A stretch of 32,000 bases of DNA, from contig NC_010628.1 in the NCBI RefSeq assembly GCF_000020025.1, positions 4,200,001 through 4,232,000 on the forward strand, written 5' to 3'. Of the stretch, positions 9,527 to 18,743 are shown one piece after another. How positions within the stretch are numbered: position 1 is the stretch's first letter; every line of letters begins with the position of its first letter. The notes under the pieces were generated by a model. That model saw only the letters and a program-made list of their open reading frames with translations, did no database searches and had not been told where the DNA came from. The DNA is from Nostoc punctiforme PCC 73102 (GTDB taxonomy: Bacteria > Cyanobacteriota > Cyanobacteriia > Cyanobacteriales > Nostocaceae). Both the position numbers and the translations under genes were made by a program.

Positions 9527-10477
9527 ATGGATTCAGTATCACCAGAACTTATTTCTAATAACCAAGGTTACGATCGCAGCCACAAGCAGCGTTTGGAATG
9601 TTTGATTTGCAATTATCATGTCGATTTAAATGATAAATCAGCATTTTCTACGTTCTTCTGTAACGTCAGAGCATTTAGAGATGAAAAATTTCCGATTTGG
9701 CGTTGTCCCACATGCCAAACCATTCATTGTCTTGATGTCGTAGATATTGACTCATACTACGCCAAATACCCTTTTGCGGAAGCGAAACTAACATTACCCT
9801 TCCGATTATGTTATCAAAACCTCTGCCAAAAAATGATTGAGCATGGCTTCTCTAAGACTCACTCATTCCTTGATTATGGTTGTGGTAACGGTTTAGTTGT
9901 ACAATATCTGCGAGAAAATGGCTTTGCCAATGCTTACGGTTACGATCCTTATGCGCCCAAAGAAAGCTTTGGTGATGCTACAGTACTGCAAAGAGGCCCA
10001 TTCGATTATATTTTGCTGCAAGATATTATCGAACATGTAGAAGATCCTCATGCTTTGTTAAGTAAATTAGATAGTTTATTAGCACCAGGTGGTTATCTAC
10101 TTTTAGGCACACCTAACGCAACCAATATTGACATCAATCGTCCGGAATTATCTAACTACTATAACGCGGTGCATGTACCCTATCACATTCATATCTATAC
10201 TCGTGAAGTTGTAGAGTCTTTGGGCAAGCAACAGGGATGGGAAGTTGTGAAGTTTTTCAATCGCGGCTATGACGATACGCGTTGGTTTGGGCTTAACACT
10301 CGGACATGGAATGAGTACCAAAGTATCTCAGATGGTACCTTCGATGTCATTTTTGAAGAAATTAACATTTGGCAAGCTTTAAAATCCTATAGATTTCTCT
10401 TCTATGCATTTTTTGGTTACTGGCTTAGTCTCCGTACTGACATGACTATTATGTTTCGTAAAAAAATTACAGACTAA
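9527..10477 (+). CDS. Class I SAM-dependent methyltransferase with an N-terminal Cys-rich (zinc-ribbon-like) segment
   Basis: LDYGCGNGLVVQYL matches SAM motif I, followed by ILLQDIIEHVEDP and LLAPGGYLLLGTPN. The N-terminus has CLIC...CPTC pairs. I prefer the ATG at 9527 over the TTG at 9509. Confidence 0.75.
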   Translation: MDSVSPELISNNQGYDRSHKQRLECLICNYHVDLNDKSAFSTFFCNVRAFRDEKFPIWRCPTCQTIHCLDVVDIDSYYAKYPFAEAKLTLPFRLCYQNLCQKMIEHGFSKTHSFLDYGCGNGLVVQYLRENGFANAYGYDPYAPKESFGDATVLQRGPFDYILLQDIIEHVEDPHALLSKLDSLLAPGGYLLLGTPNATNIDINRPELSNYYNAVHVPYHIHIYTREVVESLGKQQGWEVVKFFNRGYDDTRWFGLNTRTWNEYQSISDGTFDVIFEEINIWQALKSYRFLFYAFFGYWLSLRTDMTIMFRKKITD

Positions 10478-10811
10478 ATCATTGCAAATAGATCAAACTG
10501 AATATGTCAAGTAATTACATTGCTTATTAATATAGCTTTTCAATCTTTATCATTAATTTAAGTAAAACTACTTAAATATATAGAACCAATGAAATTTATT
10601 ATCAAGAGATAATAAATCTGTACAAATACGTAATACAATCAAAACTAACAGAATTTTTTACCCTTTTGTCAGGGTATTTACCTTCTTTGAATAGTTGTGA
10701 TTGAAGAATATACATTTAACATACATCTAACTGTATGTATGAATGATTTCTGTGATCTCTAGCCAAGCTTCAGACAGTATTTCAGTGTTCGTATTAAAGT
10801 CATAAAAAACA

Positions 10812-13397
10812 ATGAAAACAATCAAAAAGTCTACTAAGAAAACAATCGATAAGTCTACTAAAAAGCCAAAGTACACTTTAGTAGATTCCCTTGAAGGTGC
10901 AGTTAATGAAGTTCCTAGTAAGATAACTCAATTTGTAAATTCACTTGGAGGTATAACCGATGTTAATGCTACTAATCCAAATGATTTCTTATTTGTCACA
11001 CTCACACCTGCAAGTGACGTAGTTTTTGGAGGATTTGGCGAATATCAGCTGTTATTTGGACGTAGAGGCAATGATGTACTCTATGGTTTAGATCAGAGTT
11101 TAAGTAATCAGAAATCATCACTTAACATTGATGTGATGCTTGGTGATTCTGAACCAGTTGCTTTATTTGCATATTCAGATATTTTGAATACATTAGGTGG
11201 AAATCCTCCCACTATTGGGAAGGATAGATTTGTACTTGGTGACTGGCGAAAGTCATATTACACAAATAATGGTTATTACGACTTTGCATACATTGTTGAT
11301 TTCAACCGTAATCAAGATGTGATTCAACTACATGGGCGTGCAGAAGATTATGATTTTATTGATGTTCCTTTTCTGGGAACAGCTATATTTCAGAAGTCAA
11401 AAGATAGTCCGTTATTTTGGGATGGAGAGTTAGTCGGAGTTGTATTTGCGGCCTCTAATTTAGATCCGAATGCTTCTTATTTCCGCTATGTAGGCTCTAC
11501 TCCACCGCCAGTATCAGGGCCAACCCAAGTTAAGCATTTAGGTACTGTTGGTTTTGATCTAGCTACTGCTGTTGCTACAGATATTTCGGGAAATGTCTAT
11601 GTAGTAGGTGTAACTTCTGGTGCGTTTATAGGTAATAATGCTGGTTCTTATGATATCTGGCTCACCAAATATGATAGTGATGGTAATCAGTTATGGAATC
11701 AACAGTTTGGTAGTTCCAAATTTGACTTAGCTGTTGCCATTACAACAGATAAGTTAGGTAACTTTTATCTGGTGGGAAGTACCCAAGGTGACTTGGCAGG
11801 AAAACCTACGGAAGCAGAGCAACAAGATGCTTGGCTAGCTAAATATGACAGTAATGGTAATCAATTGTGGATTCGTCAACTAGGAGATTCAATAGTTACT
11901 GGTGGTTCTGATGTTACTGTTGACGACAACGGCAATATCTATGTAGCTGGACTGACAGTTACTCCAGATCAAAGGCCAGTTGCCATCATTGATGCTCAGG
12001 ATGATTTTTGGGTAACAAAGTACGATTCTAATGGTACCCAACAGTGGTTTACCAAAGTTGGGACAGATCCATCTTATCCAGCGATTTGGGATGAAGCTTA
12101 CGGTGTAGCCCTTGCAAAGGATGGATCTGTCTATTCTACAGGATGGACTTATGGTGGTCTAGCTAGAGACAATCCCCAATTGGGATTATACGATTCTTGG
12201 ATCACTAAATATAACAACGATGGACAAGTGCAATGGATTAGACAGTTTGGTAGTGCAAACGATGACTTTTCTTGGAGTGTTGTCACCGATAGTCAAGGTA
12301 ATGTCTATGCCTACGGATGGACTGGCGGTGATTTTGGTGGTAAAAGTTTTGGACAAGATGACGTTTGGCTAATTAAGTTTTCTTCTGATGGCACCCAAGA
12401 TTGGGTACGTCAGTTTGGTACTAGCGGTGATGATGCAGTCTTTTTAGATGGACTCAAGATTGATTCAAAAGATCAATTATATGTTGCTGGTTATACTGAT
12501 GGTAGCTTTGGTGGTTCCAATGCAGGGTCTTATGATGCCTTCGTTGCCAGCTTTGATACCAATGGCAACCAACTTTGGATTCAACAGTTTGGCAGTGCTG
12601 AACTCGATAAGGCTACAAATCTGACTGTTGATAACTTTGATAATGTCTACGTTACGGGATTTACAGAGGGTTCATTGGGTGGTTCCAATGCTGGCTCTGT
12701 AGATAGTTGGGTCGCCAAGTTGAATTCTGCAACAGGGACTTTGGAAACATTTAATCCATCTTCAACTCCAATACTCAATAAAATAGCTGGTACTAATAGT
12801 AAAGATAGCCTTATCGGTACTGAACCAACCTCTAGCAATTTGAAATCATTGAATGCAAAAACTTCTGCAACTTCAAATCCAGCTAATGGGAACGATGAAA
12901 TTCATGGTCAAGGAGGCAATGACACTATAGATGGTAAGGGAGGTAATGATGTGCTGTATGGTGACGTCGGTAATGATACACTCATTGGCGGCGCAGGAAA
13001 CGACAAACTGGTTGGTGGTGCTGGAAATGATATCTTGACTGGTGGTTCTGGTAAAGATAACTTTATCTTCGACACAGGCAAATTTTTTGCCAACAGGGAT
13101 CTTGGTGTAGATGGAATTACTGACTTTGAACTTGGTGATAAGATTGTCCTGAGTAAAAGCACTTTCACCACCTTGAAAAGTTCGTTAGGAGACGGCTTTA
13201 ACAACTTGAAAGATTTTGCTGTAGTTACTAATGGTACGGCAGCTAAAAGTAGCCAAGCCTTTATTGTGTACGATTCAGTTCATGGTGATTTATACTACAA
13301 TCAAAACGGCTCTAGCTCTGGATTTGGCAGTGGTGCTCTCTTTGCTACCTTGGTTAATCATCCCAGTCTTAGTGCCAGTGATTTTCGTATCGTATAG
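10812..13397 (+). CDS. Large secreted protein: SBBP-type beta-propeller repeats plus C-terminal RTX calcium-binding nonapeptide repeats (type I secretion substrate)
   Basis: There are about 10 repeats of the form D-x-W-(L/V/I)-x-K-Y-D-S-x-G-x-x-x-W-x-x-Q-x-G. These are followed by [53 protein letters not shown] (GGxGxD). There is no N-terminal signal peptide, and the C-terminus (...LSASDFRIV) has the T1SS-substrate style. Confidence 0.85.
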   Translation: MKTIKKSTKKTIDKSTKKPKYTLVDSLEGAVNEVPSKITQFVNSLGGITDVNATNPNDFLFVTLTPASDVVFGGFGEYQLLFGRRGNDVLYGLDQSLSNQKSSLNIDVMLGDSEPVALFAYSDILNTLGGNPPTIGKDRFVLGDWRKSYYTNNGYYDFAYIVDFNRNQDVIQLHGRAEDYDFIDVPFLGTAIFQKSKDSPLFWDGELVGVVFAASNLDPNASYFRYVGSTPPPVSGPTQVKHLGTVGFDLATAVATDISGNVYVVGVTSGAFIGNNAGSYDIWLTKYDSDGNQLWNQQFGSSKFDLAVAITTDKLGNFYLVGSTQGDLAGKPTEAEQQDAWLAKYDSNGNQLWIRQLGDSIVTGGSDVTVDDNGNIYVAGLTVTPDQRPVAIIDAQDDFWVTKYDSNGTQQWFTKVGTDPSYPAIWDEAYGVALAKDGSVYSTGWTYGGLARDNPQLGLYDSWITKYNNDGQVQWIRQFGSANDDFSWSVVTDSQGNVYAYGWTGGDFGGKSFGQDDVWLIKFSSDGTQDWVRQFGTSGDDAVFLDGLKIDSKDQLYVAGYTDGSFGGSNAGSYDAFVASFDTNGNQLWIQQFGSAELDKATNLTVDNFDNVYVTGFTEGSLGGSNAGSVDSWVAKLNSATGTLETFNPSSTPILNKIAGTNSKDSLIGTEPTSSNLKSLNAKTSATSNPANGNDEIHGQGGNDTIDGKGGNDVLYGDVGNDTLIGGAGNDKLVGGAGNDILTGGSGKDNFIFDTGKFFANRDLGVDGITDFELGDKIVLSKSTFTTLKSSLGDGFNNLKDFAVVTNGTAAKSSQAFIVYDSVHGDLYYNQNGSSSGFGSGALFATLVNHPSLSASDFRIV

Positions 13398-13422
13398 TAG
13401 CTAACTTTTACTTCAGTGAAAG

Positions 13423-13563
13423 TGGTGTTTTAGGTGAATGAATATTTACTTAGAGTACACTACATGACCAAAGCCCGCTTTGAAAAGTTGGGAAATTCCC
13501 TCAGGCTAGATAAAATTCTCATCTGGCAGGATAACGAATAGCAATCAATCACACAAGTGTACT
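13423..13563 (+). pseudogene. Orphan 3'-terminal fragment of a paralog of the 609-aa gene at 18744-20573
   Basis: By hand alignment it matches 20459-20595 with about 14 substitutions plus a 4-nt GAAT duplication that creates a stop. Without the duplication it reads GVLGEYLLRVHYMTKARFEKLGNSLRLDKILIWQDNE*, against GVLGEYLPEIHYMTKARFEKLGNSLKPDKIPIWEDND* for the intact copy. The match continues about 20 nt past the stop codon. Confidence 0.85.
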
Positions 13564-14029
13564 CATGACCACTAAACTCAGATTCTTGAATCACTCTCAA
13601 AATCTGGGTTTTAGTGATTTAAACGATCGCTAAGATAAATTTTCTCATAAACCTCCAAACCCTTAGCTTGCAAACAAAGATTCACAAAAATAATTTTATT
13701 TTCCTCAATCAAAAAAATATAACTGTGCAACCATAGGTAAAATTTTATACTGATTTTTACTGAGTTATGCAAATTATTTTATTTATATTTTACCAAGTCA
13801 TAAAATTTTATCAAAGTTAAATCTAATTTCTGCGGTAGTTGGTGAATTTCCTGTGCTGCTGATATCCACTGCTAGGTAAGTAGATTTCATGACTAACTAG
13901 CATACGTAAAAACTGAATTTAAGTATAAAAAATTATACTTTTGAACAAAATTGGCATTTTAATAAGTAAATATCCTGAATAATAATAAATTTATGGTAGC
14001 AATTTTGATCGGCGTTCAAAAACAAGGAG

Positions 14030-15217
14030 ATGATGAAGCGGATGTTAAAAAAAAAATCTTTAAATCTTTGGTTAATTGGACTGCTTGTTTTAGCTGGTCT
14101 AGTAGCGAGTACTACAACCTTTTACGGTTTATCTTTCTTTAGGCAAGGAGTGGGAGAAAGCAATACATCAGCTCCAACGATAAAGAAACTAGTAACTAGA
14201 AAGATAACGGCTTTAGGGAGATTGCAACCATTAACAGAAGTTATTCGCTTGTCAGCACCCCAGACTTTAGAGAACGATCGCGTCGCTCAATTGTTTATCA
14301 AAGAAGGTGATAAGTTGAAAAAAGGACAAATAATCGCCACATTAGACTCTAAACAAAGCCTACAATTAGCCTTAAAAGAGGCACAAGAGCAAGTCAGAGT
14401 TGCCCAATCTCGGTATGACCAAATCAAAGCAGGTGCAAAAGCGGGAGATATTCAAGCGCAAAAGGCTACAATTACTAAATTGCAAGCCGAATTACAAGGA
14501 GAAATTGCCACCCAAAAAGCTAATATTGCTCGTTGGCAATCAGAAGTTACCAATGCTCAGGCAGAATATAATCGGTCTCAATCCCTGTACCAACAAGGGG
14601 CGATCGCCGTTTCTGATTTCGATCGCAAGCGTTTAGCCCTAGAAACGGCTCAAGCTCAATTAGCCCAAGCATCTGCCCAGCAAAATGGTACTGTAGCCAC
14701 ACTTGAAGCCCAAATCACCGAAGCCAAAGAAGTACTTAACCGGATAGCTGAAGTACGTCCTGTCGATCTACAAGCTGCAAAAACCGAGATAGACAGAGCC
14801 AATGCTGCTGTAAAACGCGTCCAAAACGACTTAAATCAGGCTGATATCAAGGCACCAATTGCTGGACAAATTATTAAAATTCATACCCGACCGGGGGAAA
14901 AGCTGACTGATGAAGGTATTGCCGATCTAGGGCAAACCAATGACATGGTAGCGATCGCCGAAGTCTATCAAACCGATATTGCTAAAATTCACGTAGGGCA
15001 AAAAGCCCTGATTACCAGTCAAGCATTTACTGGACAAGTCAAAGGCACTGTTTACGAACTTGGACTGGAAGTTATTCGCCAAAATGTGTTTAGTAACCAA
15101 CCAGGAGAAAACCTCGACCGCCGAGTTGTAGAAGTCAAAGTGCGTTTGCAACCTGAAGACAGCGAACGCGTATCCCGTTTGACTAACTTACAAGTCCAAG
15201 TAGCTATAGAAATCTGA
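14030..15217 (+). CDS. devB: ABC-exporter membrane fusion protein, DevB family (HlyD-like)
   Basis: N-terminal TM segment, then ITALGRLQPLTEVIRLSAP...RVAQLFIKEGDKLKKGQIIATLDS, a long coiled coil and a C-terminal beta-barrel region, as in DevB-family adaptors. An AAGGAG RBS abuts the first ATG, so the real start may be the Met at 14042. Confidence 0.8.
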   Translation: MMKRMLKKKSLNLWLIGLLVLAGLVASTTTFYGLSFFRQGVGESNTSAPTIKKLVTRKITALGRLQPLTEVIRLSAPQTLENDRVAQLFIKEGDKLKKGQIIATLDSKQSLQLALKEAQEQVRVAQSRYDQIKAGAKAGDIQAQKATITKLQAELQGEIATQKANIARWQSEVTNAQAEYNRSQSLYQQGAIAVSDFDRKRLALETAQAQLAQASAQQNGTVATLEAQITEAKEVLNRIAEVRPVDLQAAKTEIDRANAAVKRVQNDLNQADIKAPIAGQIIKIHTRPGEKLTDEGIADLGQTNDMVAIAEVYQTDIAKIHVGQKALITSQAFTGQVKGTVYELGLEVIRQNVFSNQPGENLDRRVVEVKVRLQPEDSERVSRLTNLQVQVAIEI

Positions 15218-15290
15218 AGTCAAAAGAATATAGGCTACCTGTGAGAATTCATTAGACAGTCCTTTCATTTTTTCTCCAAAAATTCAATTT

Positions 15291-16457
15291 ATGCTTCGTA
15301 AACTATTTTATAGAATTCCTTTAGCCTGGTTGCAAATGTCCAGGGAAAAAACTCGTTTAGCAGTTGCAATTGTGGGAATTGCTTTTGCAGATATTCTGAT
15401 GTTTGTACAATTGGGGTTTAAGAGTGCGCTCTACGACGCTGCTGTTAGACCTCAATATTCTCTACAAGGGGATCTTTTCTTAATTAATCCCCAGTTTGAA
15501 ACTGTGTTCTCTGTCAAGAGTTTTTCCAGACAACGTTTATATCAAGCTGCGGGATTTGACAGTGTGAGTTCGGTTAGTTACCTCTACATTGATTCTGGAC
15601 AGTGGCGCAATCCTATTACCCACAAAGACCGCCGGATTCTAATTTTTGGCATAGATCCGGCCAATTCTGCTTTTAAATTACCAGAGGTCAATCAACATTT
15701 GGATGACTTAAAAATGCTTGATACTGTGCTATTCGATCAAATGGGACGCTCAGAATATGGCCCCATCTCTGCTCTTTTACAAAAGTCTGATTTCTTACAA
15801 ACAGAAGTTAATAATGTTTTGATCCGAGTAGCAGGAATATTTAATTTGGGAGCATCTTTTGCAGCTGACGGTAACGCCATTACTAGTGAATCAACTTTTA
15901 TGAAGTTATTTCCCAACCGTCGGACAGACCAGATTGATATAGGTATAATTAAACTGAAATCCAATGCAGATATTCAACGGATACAAGCAGATATACAGAC
16001 TATTTTACCCGCAGATATTCAAGTGTTAACACAAGTAGAGTTGGCTACAAGGGAGAAAGAATATTGGGCGAATTCTACTCCCATTGGATTTATATTTGGA
16101 TTAGGTTCACTAGTGGCTTTTATCGTTGGTACAGTGATTGTTTACCAGATTATTTATGCAGATGTCTCCGATCATTTACCAGAATACGCTACATTGAAGG
16201 CAATGGGATATAGCAATCGCTACTTAATAATTGTCATTTTTCAAGAATCATTGATTTTGGCCTTAATAGGCTTCATTCCAGGTTGTGTTCTATCTTTGGG
16301 AGTATATCATGCTGCCCAAATATCTACCCGATTGCCAATTATGATGACAGTTAGTCGAGCTGTTGTTGTGCTGTTGTTGACCATTGTCATGTGTTTTATT
16401 TCTGGAGGTATTGCGATCAATAAGTTACACAAAGCTGACCCTGCGGATATATTTTAA
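15291..16457 (+). CDS. devC: ABC-exporter permease, DevC family (FtsX/MacB-like)
   Basis: IPLAWLQMSREKTRLAVAIVGIAFADILMFVQLGFKSALYDAA... followed by a periplasmic domain and a C-terminal FtsX-type 3-TM bundle. This is the typical DevC architecture and size. Confidence 0.8.
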   Translation: MLRKLFYRIPLAWLQMSREKTRLAVAIVGIAFADILMFVQLGFKSALYDAAVRPQYSLQGDLFLINPQFETVFSVKSFSRQRLYQAAGFDSVSSVSYLYIDSGQWRNPITHKDRRILIFGIDPANSAFKLPEVNQHLDDLKMLDTVLFDQMGRSEYGPISALLQKSDFLQTEVNNVLIRVAGIFNLGASFAADGNAITSESTFMKLFPNRRTDQIDIGIIKLKSNADIQRIQADIQTILPADIQVLTQVELATREKEYWANSTPIGFIFGLGSLVAFIVGTVIVYQIIYADVSDHLPEYATLKAMGYSNRYLIIVIFQESLILALIGFIPGCVLSLGVYHAAQISTRLPIMMTVSRAVVVLLLTIVMCFISGGIAINKLHKADPADIF

Positions 16458-16648
16458 CTAGGTCGATGTAAATAATTATCGTTGGGATTGGGCACGGGAA
16501 AATGGGTTTGATCCTTTTGAGGTCGCAGAGTCTCAATTCGTAAATGTTTAGGGCAACTCATTCGAGATATGCAAACATGATTCTCTGAAATCACAAAACT
16601 TTTCACCAATGATATGATATGTATGAAGATAAGGTAAGATTGAGTTAA

Positions 16649-17779
16649 TTAATTACACCAAGATTTCTCAAAAACTCTATAGACTTTGGAACGTTCAGCC
16701 CCAAGTTTGAGTAACAGTGTTTGAGCCATTGTATTATCTTCTAAGATTGGCGAAAACTCAATTTCAGTATAATTGGAATTTAAATATTGTTGCATTATCT
16801 CGCACCAGAGAAGCACTCCTAAACCCAAGGATTGATATTGTTTGCGGATACACAAGCTATCTAAACGGTAACGCGTAATTTCATTCTCACGACCAAAGGT
16901 GAAGATACGTCGGCCTAAATACCGTAGTAATCCCGGTAAGGTTTTAGTCTGGTGCAGAATTTGAAAAACATCAGGTACAAGCATACCAAACCCAACAGGA
17001 TTATCTCCTATAAGGACAAACAGAAACAGCCGAGGGTCAATTACCTGAATCCAATCCAGCACCAATTGGTAAAATTCCGACCGTTCAATGTATGTATACC
17101 CCCATTGACCTGCAAACCCATCATTGTAGAGATCGCAAACAAGGTCAGATTCTTGGGCAAGCTGATCTGGATTCAACTGACGATAGGTGATTCGTTTATT
17201 GCGCCACCTTTGGGCATTTTTTGTCAAGAACTCAGGGATAGTCAATTCTCCTTTAATTCTGAAAGCGTTATAGTCCTTAGCTTTTTTAAAGCCTGAGGAT
17301 TCTAATTGGTTTGGATAGTATGATCGGTTGTATGGCATGGCCACGTATGGGCTATCATCGAATCCGGCAATTAGCATTCCAGCACCATAAATTGGAGAGA
17401 GGGAAAATGGCCCTAATAGTTGTGTCATACCATAAGACTGAGCCCAATTCTCAACCTGCTCAAATAATATCTTTGATACATCTTGGTCATCAATGCATTC
17501 ATAGAATCCAAAAAAAGCGGTTTGTACACCGTAGGTTTGGTTATAAGTGCCATCGATGGAGCCTGCAATCCGACCAACTATTTTTCCATTCTGGTAAGCC
17601 AGCCATGCTTCTAGAATCCCATGCTCGTAGAATCCACATTCTTCAGGATCGAACATCTTGACAAGATTGGCAACAGGCCAGGAAACCCAATATGGATCGT
17701 CTTTGTAGAGTTGATAGTTGTACTGAAAAAACTGTCGTTTTTTGCGTAGATTGTTAACTTGTCTGATTTCAATAGACAT
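16649..17779 (-). CDS. GNAT-like N-acetyltransferase-family protein (roughly 375-aa two-lobe family)
   Basis: The pattern F..YN.QLYKDDPYWV...FYEHG...AWLAY.NGKIVGRIAG..D...N......AFFGFYECIDD...L......W....G...L.GP...S...G.G.L..GFD..P...MPYN..YYP..LE..GF.K.KD..AF matches, from memory, a widespread uncharacterised GNAT-annotated family. The product call is tentative. Confidence 0.55.
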   Translation of the reverse strand: MSIEIRQVNNLRKKRQFFQYNYQLYKDDPYWVSWPVANLVKMFDPEECGFYEHGILEAWLAYQNGKIVGRIAGSIDGTYNQTYGVQTAFFGFYECIDDQDVSKILFEQVENWAQSYGMTQLLGPFSLSPIYGAGMLIAGFDDSPYVAMPYNRSYYPNQLESSGFKKAKDYNAFRIKGELTIPEFLTKNAQRWRNKRITYRQLNPDQLAQESDLVCDLYNDGFAGQWGYTYIERSEFYQLVLDWIQVIDPRLFLFVLIGDNPVGFGMLVPDVFQILHQTKTLPGLLRYLGRRIFTFGRENEITRYRLDSLCIRKQYQSLGLGVLLWCEIMQQYLNSNYTEIEFSPILEDNTMAQTLLLKLGAERSKVYRVFEKSWCN

Positions 17780-18299
17780 TTTGAATATGGATTACCAGTT
17801 CTCGAAACTTGCTGATTTGTATAACTTGAAATTGGTTTTTATTAATTTGATAAGGATATCAGAAACCGAATGTGCTTTTTGCAAAGCATATTTACTTTCA
17901 GCTTAACTATAGCAGCCGTCAACAGTTCTTTGTCATCTGTCTGGGGTTAAGACTACCTGATTTTTGTCAATTAGTAATTATGCTTGAAATTTAGAAAAAA
18001 ATAGAGAGATGAAGTAAAGTTTTGTATTGAACTTATGGGGCAAGAATGAATGATACGTATCAACGGCGATCGCCTGCTGAAAAATTTTATTTACGACCCC
18101 AATTTCAGCAAGACCTAAGTACCATTGCTGATTGATAAATGGTGTCAGATTTTAAACTCTGACGAACGTCCATAAACCATCAAATCACTGGATTAGCGAT
18201 CGCGATACAACTAGCAAGGCTTTACCCGAAATTAGAAATATTTACCCGAAAATCATGCAGGAATGGTATATGTGGTGATAATTCATCTAAATTAGGACT

Positions 18300-18439
18300 A
18301 GCCCTTTCAAGGTGGTAAAATTTTTGAACAATAATTCTTCTTTTCTCTGTGTTCTCTGTATCTCTATAGTATAATAAAACACTTTTAAACCACAGAGCAC
18401 AGAGAAAGCAGAGGTTTTAAGAGTCACCTTGAAAGGGCT
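18300..18439. mobile_element. MITE-like long imperfect palindrome flanked by an 11-bp direct repeat
   Basis: Terminal inverted repeats AGCCCTTTCAAGGTG (18300-18314) and CACCTTGAAAGGGCT (18425-18439). There is further internal arm pairing (TTTCTCTGTGTTCTCTGT with CACAGAGCACAGAGAAAG). AAATTAGGACT occurs at 18289-18299 and again at 18441-18451, resembling a target-site duplication. Confidence 0.5.
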
Positions 18440-18743
18440 AAAATTAGGACTTACGCACTGTACAAATTTATCGTGATGTGTATTAACGAAAATGGGTTGT
18501 TTCAAGCTTTTCTAAATTATTCTTATGATTGCCAATAGACCACGCTATAGGGCAATTCATAAATTGCCCCTACGACAAATATGGTTTTTGACCTTTTCCA
18601 TATTTGATGTTTATTGTCAATGTGTAAGTTCTAATAAATATTGAGGAAGCTTAATACTTATTTACAAGAACCTTTCCCATATTCAATGTTTATTCACTGA
18701 GTAAATAGCTAAATTTTGTCAACCAATCAGAGCTATTAGAGCT

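Noticed and set aside
12647-13204. Two minus-strand ORFs (63 and 98 aa, the latter Pro/Ser-rich and repetitive), plus apparent tandem DNA repeats.
   Set aside because: They are the mirror image of the RTX GGxGxD nonapeptide-coding repeats on the plus strand. The DNA periodicity is explained by the protein repeat.
13564-14029. NtcA-type GTA-N8-TAC sites upstream of devB. I also glanced at 10480-10811 and 21830-22067.
   Set aside because: I found no exact GTAN8TAC in the stretches I checked by eye. The scan was not exhaustive, so I make no claim either way.
16458-16648. I looked for a devA (ABC ATPase) remnant after devC.
   Set aside because: No frame gives Walker A/B-like or signature-like sequence. 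I treat the stretch as a non-coding gap, and the absence is reported as a finding.
18287-18505. 72-aa minus-strand ORF in the long intergenic gap.
   Set aside because: It spans the MITE-like palindrome. Its sequence is dictated by the inverted repeats, and it has no RBS or homology signal.
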